Assembly: GCA_963847185.1 (NCBI GenBank) | Contig: CAWJYV010000004.1 | Location: 160,001 to 224,000, forward strand | Origin: an uncultured Methanosarcinaceae archaeon | Lineage (GTDB): Archaea; Halobacteriota; Methanosarcinia; Methanosarcinales; Methanosarcinaceae | Reading direction: 5' to 3' | DNA length: 64,000 nucleotides | Shown here: positions 44,022 through 53,389 of the stretch, in pieces | How the letters are laid out: the number at the start of each line of letters is the position of its first letter | How positions within the stretch are numbered: position 1 is the stretch's first letter | Notes under the pieces: generated by a model | What the model was told of the DNA's origin: nothing | Databases searched by the model: none | What the model saw: the letters and a program-made list of their open reading frames with translations, nothing else | Position numbers and translations under genes: made by a program

Positions 44022-44518
44022 AATTTAATGTATCCGATATGTGTCATGTAATATATATCGGTATCGGCAAGTTTTTGAGTTATCCGATACAACTTTTTCC
44101 CCTATACTCCATTTCAATTAAAATATATTTTTTCCTGCCGGCGGTCTGCTCAAATCTCCCCTGAATACGTTTGTTAATTTTAGAGAAATTGAAAAACACC
44201 GTGATTTTTGCAGATTTAGAAGGAGCACTTTGCAGGACCGATAATTTTTGTTTTATCTATCATTAACCAAAATTCCAATTTCAGGTACTTTCATCGCTCC
44301 ATTAAACCTTCCCCATAAAGTTTTTTCTCATTTGGAAGGTGCACTGCCATAATTATAGAAAGATTTATATATTTTAATTGCTATGTATGTGTGTTGACAA
44401 ATAAAGATCAGTATAATCATCTGTTATTAAAAACCAAGTTTTGTTTTTAATCAAAGAGTTCTATACAATCTTATTTTTAAACTGTAACTAAAAAAACTAA
44501 AACCAAGGTGAAACAAAT

Positions 44519-44707
44519 ATGGCTTTTAATGACAGAAACTTCAGAGGAAATTCTAATTTCGGTGCTCCCAGAGAAATGCACAAGACAATATGTTCAGACT
44601 GTAAGACTGAGACAGAAGTGCCTTTCAAGCCCGATCCAGAAAGACCGGTTTACTGCAGAGAGTGTCTTCCTAACCACAGGACGCCCAGAGAAAACCGCAG
44701 ATACTAA
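44519..44707 (+). CDS. CxxC-x17-CxxC zinc-ribbon small protein, copy 5
   Basis: Same protein sequence as copy 3. Confidence 0.9.
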   Translation: MAFNDRNFRGNSNFGAPREMHKTICSDCKTETEVPFKPDPERPVYCRECLPNHRTPRENRRY

Positions 44708-45170
44708 GTGTTAAGTGTTATTTCTGTAATTGAGTTTACATAAACATTTATTTCTTTTCCACTTTTTTTAAATATATCTTAGGCTCGGAATATACTTTTT
44801 CTTAATCTAGAGCTTTTGCAGAATTAGAAGGCACACTTTGCATGGTCTTTTTTGATTGCAGTGATCTTTTCTTTGGGAGGGCTGTTTTCAGATTAAAGTT
44901 AACTCTTCTTCCAAGTTCAATTCCACTAAAATATATTTTTCCTGCAAGCGGCCTTCGCCAATTTAATGATTGCAAAAAATCCGTAATTTTTGTAGCTTTA
45001 TAAGGGGCACTTTGCAGGTCTTCTTTAGATTAAGCGATCCTTTTTTGAAGGGGAGTTTTTTTCTGATTAAAATAAAGAATTTTCAACTAGCTCTACGCAT
45101 AAAATTTGTTAGCTAAGTTCAATGAAGATTATTTATAGCATTTTTAAGCAAATAAATAGGGGGTTACTTT

Positions 45171-45830
45171 CTGGAGATACCAAAATTTAAAAGACTACCA
45201 GGACATATTGCTATAATACCGGACGGCAACAGAAGATGGGCTCTATCTAGAGGCTTAGAAAAACATGAGGGATACGACAATGGAATAATTCCAGGCTTGG
45301 AATTATACGATATATGCGTAAAAATTGGAATAGGCGAAGTTACTTTTTTTGGATTTACTCAGGATAACACAAAAAGGCCTCAAGTTCAAAGAAAAGCATT
45401 TGTAGATGCCTGTATAAAATCAGTTAAAGAACTTTCTAAACTTGACGCTGAACTACTTGTAGTAGGGAATACTAATTCGGATTTGTTTCCGAAAGAGCTA
45501 CTTGCATATACAAAGAGAACTAAATTTGGAAAAGGTAAAATAAGGATAAATTTTTTGGTAAACTATGGCTGGTATTGGGATTTAATTCATGCATTTGAGA
45601 ACTCTTCAGATAGTAAAAAAATGGCAGAGAATATCGCATCAGCAGAGATTCCAAGAATAGATTTACTTATTCGCTGGGGAGGAAGACATAGACTCAGTGG
45701 GATGCTTCCAATTCAAACGGTATACTCAGATATATATGTAGTCGATGAAATGTGGCCAGATTTTAAGCCAGAACATCTATATAAAGCATTAGAATTTTAT
45801 CAAGACCAGGATATTACACTGGGTGGATAA
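45171..45830 (+). CDS. uppS: cis-prenyltransferase (UppS family), apparent CTG start
   Basis: In-frame upstream HIAIIPDGNRRW catalytic motif; FTQDNTKRP, DLLIRWGGRHRLSG, WPDF. Confidence 0.85.
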   Translation: MEIPKFKRLPGHIAIIPDGNRRWALSRGLEKHEGYDNGIIPGLELYDICVKIGIGEVTFFGFTQDNTKRPQVQRKAFVDACIKSVKELSKLDAELLVVGNTNSDLFPKELLAYTKRTKFGKGKIRINFLVNYGWYWDLIHAFENSSDSKKMAENIASAEIPRIDLLIRWGGRHRLSGMLPIQTVYSDIYVVDEMWPDFKPEHLYKALEFYQDQDITLGG

Positions 45831-46156
45831 TTGACTTTCTTGCCTTTCACCGATTCTTTAAAATTGATTTTTTTTGGGCTATTTTCGGATTAAGTTGAAA
45901 ATCTGTTAATCGAGTCTTGTTTTCATAGGAGCCATCTAAAACTGGACCTCCAAATAGGAAATGAAATCCTTTCAATCACCCTAACTCATCTGAAATATAT
46001 TTTTCCTGCCGGCGATCTGCTTAAATCTACCCCGAACACATTTGTTAATTTTAGAGAAATTGAAAAACGCCGTGATTTTTGCAGATTTATAAGGGGCACT
46101 TTGCAGAGCTTCTTTAGATTAAGCGACTCTTTCCTTTCAGAGGAATTTTTTCTGAT

Positions 46157-46498
46157 TCACATTTGATCCAGTATGCGTTTGATATCCGGTTTTGCTTCTG
46201 GAATACCTTCTTTAACGGATAACCAAACTACCTTCAGATTTACCCCAAAAATAAGCGTGGATCAATTTGTCCCGGATGCCTGCAAGGTCTTTCCAGGGAA
46301 CTGAAGGATGTTTTTCGCGTACTTCAAAAGGGATATTTTTTGCCGCTTCGCCAATGATTTCCAGAGTTCTGATTACTGCGAATTGGGTTTTTCGGTCGGA
46401 TGCAAACTCTTCGAATGTCAAGTTGTTGACAAATTCTTCTGCAATTTCCATTGCATCATAAATATCCTGGACATAGTCTTTTACTTCGCGAATCTCAA
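46157..46498 (-). pseudogene. HepT/DUF86 HEPN ribonuclease toxin, frameshifted
   Basis: AVIRTLEIIGEA, RDKLIH (RX4H); frameshifts near the start and after HAYF. Confidence 0.8.
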
Positions 46499-46505
46499 TC
46501 CCTCT

Positions 46506-46811
46506 TCATACGGCTTCAACTTCATCCAGAATGTGTTTGCCTATATTTGGTTTTAAGGCATCTTTCATAACCAGATCAACCTTAACGCCAAGAGCTTCCG
46601 AAAGGTAGTTTTCAAGGTTAACAAATTTAAAAATAGTAGGAGTCTTACTGAATTCCACAAGCACATCCAGATCGCTTTCCGGTTTCTGTTCTTCCCTAAT
46701 ATAGGACCCAAAAACCCCCAGGTAACTGACGTGGTATCTCTCTCTAAGCTCCGGGAGCATTTCGTGGAGTTTCTGGATGTAGACTTCAACTTTTTTTCGG
46801 TTTTCAGGCAT
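46506..46811 (-). CDS. MntA-type minimal nucleotidyltransferase antitoxin
   Basis: FGSYIREEQKPESDLDVLV (GSx10DxD), KVDLV. Confidence 0.9.
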   Translation of the reverse strand: MPENRKKVEVYIQKLHEMLPELRERYHVSYLGVFGSYIREEQKPESDLDVLVEFSKTPTIFKFVNLENYLSEALGVKVDLVMKDALKPNIGKHILDEVEAV

Positions 46812-47215
46812 TTATTCAGGCTCGTTGCTTTCCCTTCTGGTATGTCATAGTAATTTGCTGTTGTAGTATTTATAATTACTAAAGAGGAAAATGGAATCTG
46901 TGTCTTGAATCATATTCAATTGAAACACCTTTTCCTGCCGGCGGTCTGCTTAAATCTACCCCGAATACGTTTGTGAATATAAAGCTAAGAAAAGCGAAAT
47001 TGAAAAATCTGTGATTTTTCAGCTTTTAGGGGCACTTTGGGCTGTATTTTATATAGCGATCTTTTTACTGGAAGGTGTTTTCGAATTAAAATGAAAAACT
47101 GTTAACTGACGATTGTTTTCAGGAGATGTTATAAAAATAGATTACTACATGAGAGTTCTTTGTTGGTCATCTTTAAAGGAATTTTGTCTAATAGTCCTAT
47201 TCTCTTAAAATCTTT

Positions 47216-48754
47216 TCACTTGTTGTTAAAACTCAGAACAAGATTTTTTAACTCATAAATTTTGTCATCGACAATCTTTGGAACATCTGTTTCTATTTCA
47301 TAAGAGGCAAGAAATGGAATTATCGGAATAGCAACTTTCAGTTTTTGAGTTGTACTCATAGGAGAATACAATTCATAAAGCACTTCCTCGATCTTTTCTT
47401 TCATTTCAGGCATATCATTCTTGATTTCTTCTAGATTCCTTTGGATAATATCAAGATATTCTTCTGGATTTTGTAGTTCATCTACTGATTCTATAAATCT
47501 ATCAACTGAAGTCTGTAAATAGTTGAATTCTTTTGAAATTGAAGTTGTTTTTTCTTTAATCTCTCTTATTTCTTGCACTACGTGATCTGGCATTGAGCTA
47601 AATGTTGGTATTAATACAACCAGCCTAGAGATAATCTTATACTGATTTACGAGATCTTTTTCATCCCTTATCCCTTCAATTTCTCTAAAAATGTGCTCAT
47701 AACCTGGTATATGTGGCATTTTCAGTCTGAAGGTTTCGATCAAGGCTTCAATCATTTGTGTCATTTCTTCTTTACTGCCAATTTCCCATTTCTGAACTTC
47801 ACGACTGACAGCAAGTGCAATTTCTTCGGTTTCAGTCCCTTTAGATTCATTGAATACAACTTTTGCTTTTTCTTGGATTTCTTCTATAAGAAATTTTAAT
47901 CCTCGATCGAAAATTGGAAATCCTTTTCTTACTACTCCTGCAGCAAATGGTGCAGTCTCTCCTGCGTTTCTTAGCAGTTCTGTTGCACGGTCACAATACC
48001 TTCTGTAGGAACTAAGTTCGTTTCTTCTCGCCTGAAAATCCATATTTTGAAACTTCTGGACTTCTTTTAATACATTTGCAAGAGTATTAACAACTTCAAA
48101 AAGTAACTCTTTGCTCCTTGATCCTTCAATTGCAACCTTAGACTCAATCAAATATTTCTCTACTTCTCCTTTTGTTTCATATTTTTGGAAAATTATTGTA
48201 TAGAAAGAACGATAAAAGGGAAGGCAGAATTTAGCTGGATTAAATGCTTCAGAAGATTCTTTAGATGCTGTTTCAAAAAACATAATTGCTTTTTCCAATT
48301 CATTTTTGTAATCTTCTTCTTTTTCTGCTTGGGAAGCCCTAAATATAGATACCCTTCCTGAAGAGTAATTTGCATAAACTCTTACACCACTATTTTGATC
48401 AGCATTAAGTTTGATTATGTCATCCCATGCCTGTTGTTTATCTGGTATATCGGAAAATGCAGATCCAAGAAACTTAGCGAACATAAACCTCAAACGAAGA
48501 TCTTCATTCTTGATCAATTTATGTAAATCTTCCCATGCCTGTCGCTTATTTGTCATGTAGAAGAAAGCAGATTCAAGACAGTTTTTAACAGCTAGATATC
48601 TCAAAAGATTATCCTTATGACTGGTTAGAGCAAATAACTCATTCCAAGCTTTTTCTTTGTCTTTTACATATTTAAAATTAGTTTCAAGTATCCTTTTGTT
48701 TTTGTCGGAAATTAATAGAAAAGTAGCTTTGTCAATCCTTTCTGAAGTTTGCAA
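47216..48754 (-). CDS. HEAT-repeat/helical C-terminal portion of the broken fusion (open 512-aa frame)
   Basis: DK..AW.DL repeats; C-terminus strongly similar to 50800-53076. Confidence 0.55.
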   Translation of the reverse strand: MQTSERIDKATFLLISDKNKRILETNFKYVKDKEKAWNELFALTSHKDNLLRYLAVKNCLESAFFYMTNKRQAWEDLHKLIKNEDLRLRFMFAKFLGSAFSDIPDKQQAWDDIIKLNADQNSGVRVYANYSSGRVSIFRASQAEKEEDYKNELEKAIMFFETASKESSEAFNPAKFCLPFYRSFYTIIFQKYETKGEVEKYLIESKVAIEGSRSKELLFEVVNTLANVLKEVQKFQNMDFQARRNELSSYRRYCDRATELLRNAGETAPFAAGVVRKGFPIFDRGLKFLIEEIQEKAKVVFNESKGTETEEIALAVSREVQKWEIGSKEEMTQMIEALIETFRLKMPHIPGYEHIFREIEGIRDEKDLVNQYKIISRLVVLIPTFSSMPDHVVQEIREIKEKTTSISKEFNYLQTSVDRFIESVDELQNPEEYLDIIQRNLEEIKNDMPEMKEKIEEVLYELYSPMSTTQKLKVAIPIIPFLASYEIETDVPKIVDDKIYELKNLVLSFNNK

Positions 48755-50590
48755 TAATATATCAATTTCTAGTTTTGAAAGGTTGTAAAGTTTATCAAAT
48801 TCCTTATTTACCGAGCCATCCTCTTCAAAATAACCATAGCGTAAGAGGTTAACAAGTTTCTTTTGGGTTACCCAATATTTAGCTTCATCACTAGCAAAAT
48901 CTACAAGTCTATCTTGAGTTGCCCAAAACTCGACCTCATTGCTAGCGTTCTCAACCTATCCGAAACTGTAAGTGAAATTTCTTGTAATTCATCTAACAGT
49001 TTTCGATTGAAGAGTAAGATCTGATATTATCAAAGGCCATTTTAAAGTTATAGCTACAAATTTGCCCAGCTTTTCTAATGACAATGGTGTTTTAGAAGAA
49101 TCGCTTACATTAGAACAAAATAAACCTGTTTCAATAGCAATAAATGCTTTGAGCCTAAATAAATTTATAAATTGTTTTATCCGACGAGGATTATAATCTA
49201 AAGCTGGTAACACCATGCGCACGATTTCTGCGGACAGTTTGAGAATCAGGCTTTATAATAGTTTTTAGGATCTTCAAATGCTTTTTCTGATTTCATCTTG
49301 CTTATCTACTTCAGATTTATCGAAATCATTAATAGCTTCTCTATTACTTACATCATCCACTTCTTTAAAAACATTGGAGCCATTGTATGTAGTTGAAATA
49401 TCTGTTTTCTTCTTACGGGGTATTTTTTTTCGAAAAAGTTTATTTCTTTTTTATATAATTCTTTAGTTTTCCCAGTTAAACCTTCAAAGGAAAATTTAGT
49501 CTTTGGTTTGATAAATTTCTTTCTTTTAGCACATACGAGTTCTTGTAAATCAGATATTTCTGGTTGAGGTACCGAGAAAGGAAGTTGAATAAATTTTTCA
49601 AGATATTCATAACCGTATTCTAAGCCCTTGTAGTAATCTTTATTTTGTACAACTGGGGTTTCATAATTCTTAGATAATGATTGAAAGTAAGGTAACAACT
49701 TCTCATATTTTACAGCAACACCGCTAGCAACTTTTAAACGATCCATCCCAACTATAAATATAAGGTGTGGATCGTCTGAGATCATAAGATTTAAAGCCTG
49801 CATTAAATCTGCAGCTTTAGGAACTTCGCAACGATCAAGATCATCAATAAAAACAAAGACCTTATTTTTTCCGGCATAGCACTTAACAATGTTTTTAAAA
49901 TCTTCATGAAACTCTTCTATAAAAGTTGTGCGGTTTTCGTAGTCTGGTTTTTTAATACATTTTTTCAAGTTGGCATATACAGAACTACCTAATAGTTTCT
50001 TTAAATTGGGCAAAACTGATAAAATCGATATGTATATTGGGCAACCAACACCTAAAAGAGTTATAAGCATTAGCTGAGTTGAGAGCGAACTAATCCAATC
50101 TGACCACTTAGAATTAACGTATGCGATATATCCAATAATAAATATAAATCACAAATATGATCTTTAGTATATCTCCTCGCCTATTTACCCAGCGAATTCG
50201 TGAGATAAATAATTTGATTTCTGCTTTTATGAATTTGTATGTAGAAAGCTTTCTTGAAATTTGACGTATAAATTCAAGGGCGAAAGCAGCCCACATTACA
50301 TCTTCCTTATCATGTCTCCATGCATTGAATAAAACTGTGTATTCTCCGTTTGCTTCAAGTTCTTTTATAAGTTGTCGTATAAACGATGACTTGCCACTGC
50401 CCCAAGATCCTTCTATGGATAATGTTAACGGTGGTTCCGTATCTGGATTTATAAGGAACTCTTTAATAGCTTCAACATAAGGACTGAAACCTAATAAATC
50501 GTCATAGGATGGTTGATCGCCAGTTGCTGCGTTAGGAATTTCTTCTTCTTCTTTTGCTCCATCGTAATAGTCTCCATATTGATCAACCAA
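47216..50590 (-). pseudogene. KAP-family P-loop NTPase fused to HEAT repeats and C-terminal helical domain, broken by several frameshifts
   Basis: DDLLG, GSWGSGKSS, FNAW, FIDDLDRC, YLEKFIQLPF, NPRRIKQFIN. The frame from about 48955 reads openly into the 47216-48754 ORF. Confidence 0.8.
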
Positions 50591-50799
50591 TTGGCCACAC
50601 CTTCAACCCTGTAGCTTCCATAACAATAAAACAATTTCTATTTGTTCTTCCCATTGATTCATTAACTAGCATTCTATTAAAATGACACATGCAAAATTTC
50701 ATTTATGAGAACATTTCTAACAGACTCATCAAAAAATAGATTAATATTTTGAAATATATAGTTAAAAGATATAAAAGAAGCCAATATTTTTGGAAAAGT

Positions 50800-53076
50800 T
50801 TACTTATTTTTTGAATGTAAAATCAAATTTTTCAACTCATAAATCTTATCAGCTACAAGCTTGGGAACATCTGTTTCGATTTCATAAGAAGCAAGTAATG
50901 GAATTATCGGAATAGCAACTTTTAGTTTTTGTGTTGTACTCATAGGAGAATATAACTCATAGAGCACTTCATCGATCTTTCCTTTCATCTTAGGCATATC
51001 ATTCTTAATCTCTTCCAGATTTCTTTGGATAGTATCAAGATATTCTTGTGGATTTTGCAGTTCATCTAATGATTCCATTAAGCTATCAACTGAAACTCGT
51101 AAATACTTAATTTCGCTTAAAATCGGAATTGTTTTTTCGGATACTTGTATATTTATTATTTGTGGAATCAGGTTGTTGAGTAGAGTATACTGTTTCACTA
51201 TATCTGGTTCTCGAAAAATTCTGTCAACTCTATTAAGGATTAGACTATTCTCCTCAATGGTAGGAATATATGATTTAAGCATAAAAACGAGACTTTCAAT
51301 TTGTGGCGCAAGATATTCCTGGCTACCAATTTCCCATTTCTGAACTTCTCGACTAACAGCACATGCAATTTCTTGTGTTGGAGTACCTTGAGAGACCTGA
51401 CATGCAGTTTTTGCTTTTTCCTGAATTTCTTCGAGAAGGGAGTTTAATCTTCTTTTAAGAATAGGAAGCCCTCTTCTCAGTACTTCTGTCGCGTAAGGAG
51501 ACGTTTGTTCAGTTTCGGACATTAAATCTGCAGCCCGTTCACAATATAGCATGTAATGACTAAGGTCCTCTTTATTATCTTCTAAGCTTCTATTAAGACT
51601 TTGGACTTCCTTTAATGCTTTTGCTAGATTATCTACTGCTTCTAAAAGAATTTGTTTGTTTTTGGATTTTTTAATCGCACTTCTAGCCTCTACAAGATAT
51701 TTGTCAACCTCTTCTTTTACCTGCTTTTTTTCCTCGGAAATTATTGAGAAGAATGAACGGTAAAATGGTAGACAAAACTGTGATGGATTATAGATAGTAG
51801 ACTCCTTTGAAGCTTTTTCAAAAAATGCGATAGCCTGCTCGAAATCTCTCCTGTAGTCACTTTCATTCTCTGCTTGGGAAGTTTTGAGTATGGAAATTTT
51901 TCCTAGAGAGTAGTAAGCGTTTCTCCTAACACCAATATCTTCGTCAACAGTTAGTTCTATCAATTCTTCCCAAAAATGTTGTTGGTCAGGAAGTTGAGAG
52001 TATATAAAACTAAGAGTAGACGAGATTGTTTCTTTTACATTTCTATCTTTATTTTTCATACATTTATGCAAATCTTGACTTAGCTTATGTTTATCTGAAA
52101 CTAAATGAAAAGTGGAAACTAGGGCATCAGCTACGTTTCTTCTCACATCTATATCTTTGTGCGCTGTGAGTCTAAGGAGATCTTCCCAAGCTTTTTCCTT
52201 ATTGTTTACCATTGGAATAGCAGACTTTAAAGCACTTGCTACGATTTTTCTTGCTTGAGAATTTCCAGAGGTAACTTCAATTAAGTCTTCCCATGCTTTT
52301 TGTTTATCGGGGGTAAACGGAAAATTCTGCATTAGTGCATTCGAAGCAATCGTTCTTACTGTACTGTCTTTATCATAGGTGAATTTGATTAGGTATTCCC
52401 ATATCAGTTGTTTGTCTGGAGCCGATGAATAATCAGAGGTAACTGCACTTAACGCAGCTCTTTTATCCTGAATATCTTTATCTTTAATTAATTCGATTAG
52501 ATCTTCCCAAGCTTTACGTTTCCCACAAACATATGGAAAAATGTAATTAACACTATTCGCAGAAATTGTTTTTACCTCTATTTCCTCATATTTTGTGAGT
52601 AGAATAAGAGTTTCCCAAGCTTTTTGTTTATCTTCGCGCCTGACAATGTTTGAACAAAGAATATTGGTTGCAGTACGTAGATTGTTCTTAGTTGTACTAT
52701 CTGTAAGTTGTAGTAAATTTGCCCATGCATTTTCTTTATCTGGTGAATTTGAAAAAATAGAAATCATAGAGGTTCTTACTGTTTTATCTGCTTTAATTTC
52801 ATTAAAATCAACTAGTTTAGTTATATCTAACCACGCTTTTTCCTTGTCAGGAACAAGTGGAAAAGCTGAACTTAAAATTAATGGCATGCAGTGTCTTAGT
52901 CTATAATCTCCATTAATCACCATTTTTGCTGTTAACGACACTAAATCTTCCCATGCTTTTTGTTTGTCAGGAACTTGAGGAAGAAGTTGAATAATATTGC
53001 GTCTTACACTAGAAGCGTATTCAAGGACTGAGATTTCAAATATTTCCAATAACTGTTTCCAGTTTTCATCATTCAT
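50800..53076 (-). CDS. HEAT-repeat protein with conserved C-terminal helical domain
   Basis: About 9 PDKQKAWEDL-type repeats; NPSQFCLPFYRS; QKLKVAIPIIP..SYEIE. Confidence 0.85.
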   Translation of the reverse strand: MNDENWKQLLEIFEISVLEYASSVRRNIIQLLPQVPDKQKAWEDLVSLTAKMVINGDYRLRHCMPLILSSAFPLVPDKEKAWLDITKLVDFNEIKADKTVRTSMISIFSNSPDKENAWANLLQLTDSTTKNNLRTATNILCSNIVRREDKQKAWETLILLTKYEEIEVKTISANSVNYIFPYVCGKRKAWEDLIELIKDKDIQDKRAALSAVTSDYSSAPDKQLIWEYLIKFTYDKDSTVRTIASNALMQNFPFTPDKQKAWEDLIEVTSGNSQARKIVASALKSAIPMVNNKEKAWEDLLRLTAHKDIDVRRNVADALVSTFHLVSDKHKLSQDLHKCMKNKDRNVKETISSTLSFIYSQLPDQQHFWEELIELTVDEDIGVRRNAYYSLGKISILKTSQAENESDYRRDFEQAIAFFEKASKESTIYNPSQFCLPFYRSFFSIISEEKKQVKEEVDKYLVEARSAIKKSKNKQILLEAVDNLAKALKEVQSLNRSLEDNKEDLSHYMLYCERAADLMSETEQTSPYATEVLRRGLPILKRRLNSLLEEIQEKAKTACQVSQGTPTQEIACAVSREVQKWEIGSQEYLAPQIESLVFMLKSYIPTIEENSLILNRVDRIFREPDIVKQYTLLNNLIPQIINIQVSEKTIPILSEIKYLRVSVDSLMESLDELQNPQEYLDTIQRNLEEIKNDMPKMKGKIDEVLYELYSPMSTTQKLKVAIPIIPLLASYEIETDVPKLVADKIYELKNLILHSKNK

Positions 53077-53389
53077 GAATTATAAAAATCTCCATCAGTT
53101 GTCACTAATTCTAAAAAGTTATAGCTTAAAATAGTTTCTAAATTGCTTTTTTAGATACTTACTTTAATCTCATTATTGATATCGAGAAGGCCCGTGCTAT
53201 GCACGGTGACAATAGCCGTTTAAGATAACTATCACTGTAACTCTAGCAAAGATACATCAGTCAACTGTTTTGGTTCTCTGGAAAAGAGAAACAATCAGAG
53301 GTCCAAAACTAGCCAAAATTATGTAGAAGAAGAGAAAAAAGCCACCTGCCCCTTGAAAATCAATAGGCAGGAGAAATTAAGAATCAACT

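Larger units (their letters stand above)
26134..47130 (+). repeat. dispersed direct-repeat family (about 20 full/partial copies) separating accessory genes
   Basis: Core AAAATATATTTTTCCTGCC...AATCT...CCGTGATTTTTGCAGATTT...GCACTTTGCAGG. Left ends at about 26154, 27198, 29138, 30215, 31725, 32737, 33716, 35576, 38760, 39973, 42951, 44134, 44941, 46005 and 46934; right halves only at about 27870, 28471, 30055, 38030, 38634 and 44815. Confidence 0.9.

Noticed and set aside
26134-47130. CRISPR array interpretation of the dispersed repeats
   Set aside because: Repeats are about 80-110 bp, degenerate and separated by 0.1-3 kb gene-containing segments; no cas genes seen.
26134-47130. Canonical integron call
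   Set aside because: No intI in the window, no RYYYAAC/GTTRRRY ends, and cargo on both strands; kept only as an analogy.
48950-49012. Apparent inverted repeat suggesting a MITE in the KAP gene
   Set aside because: Sequence translates as continuous KAP-like coding (NRKLLDELQEISL) across frameshifts; no target duplication.
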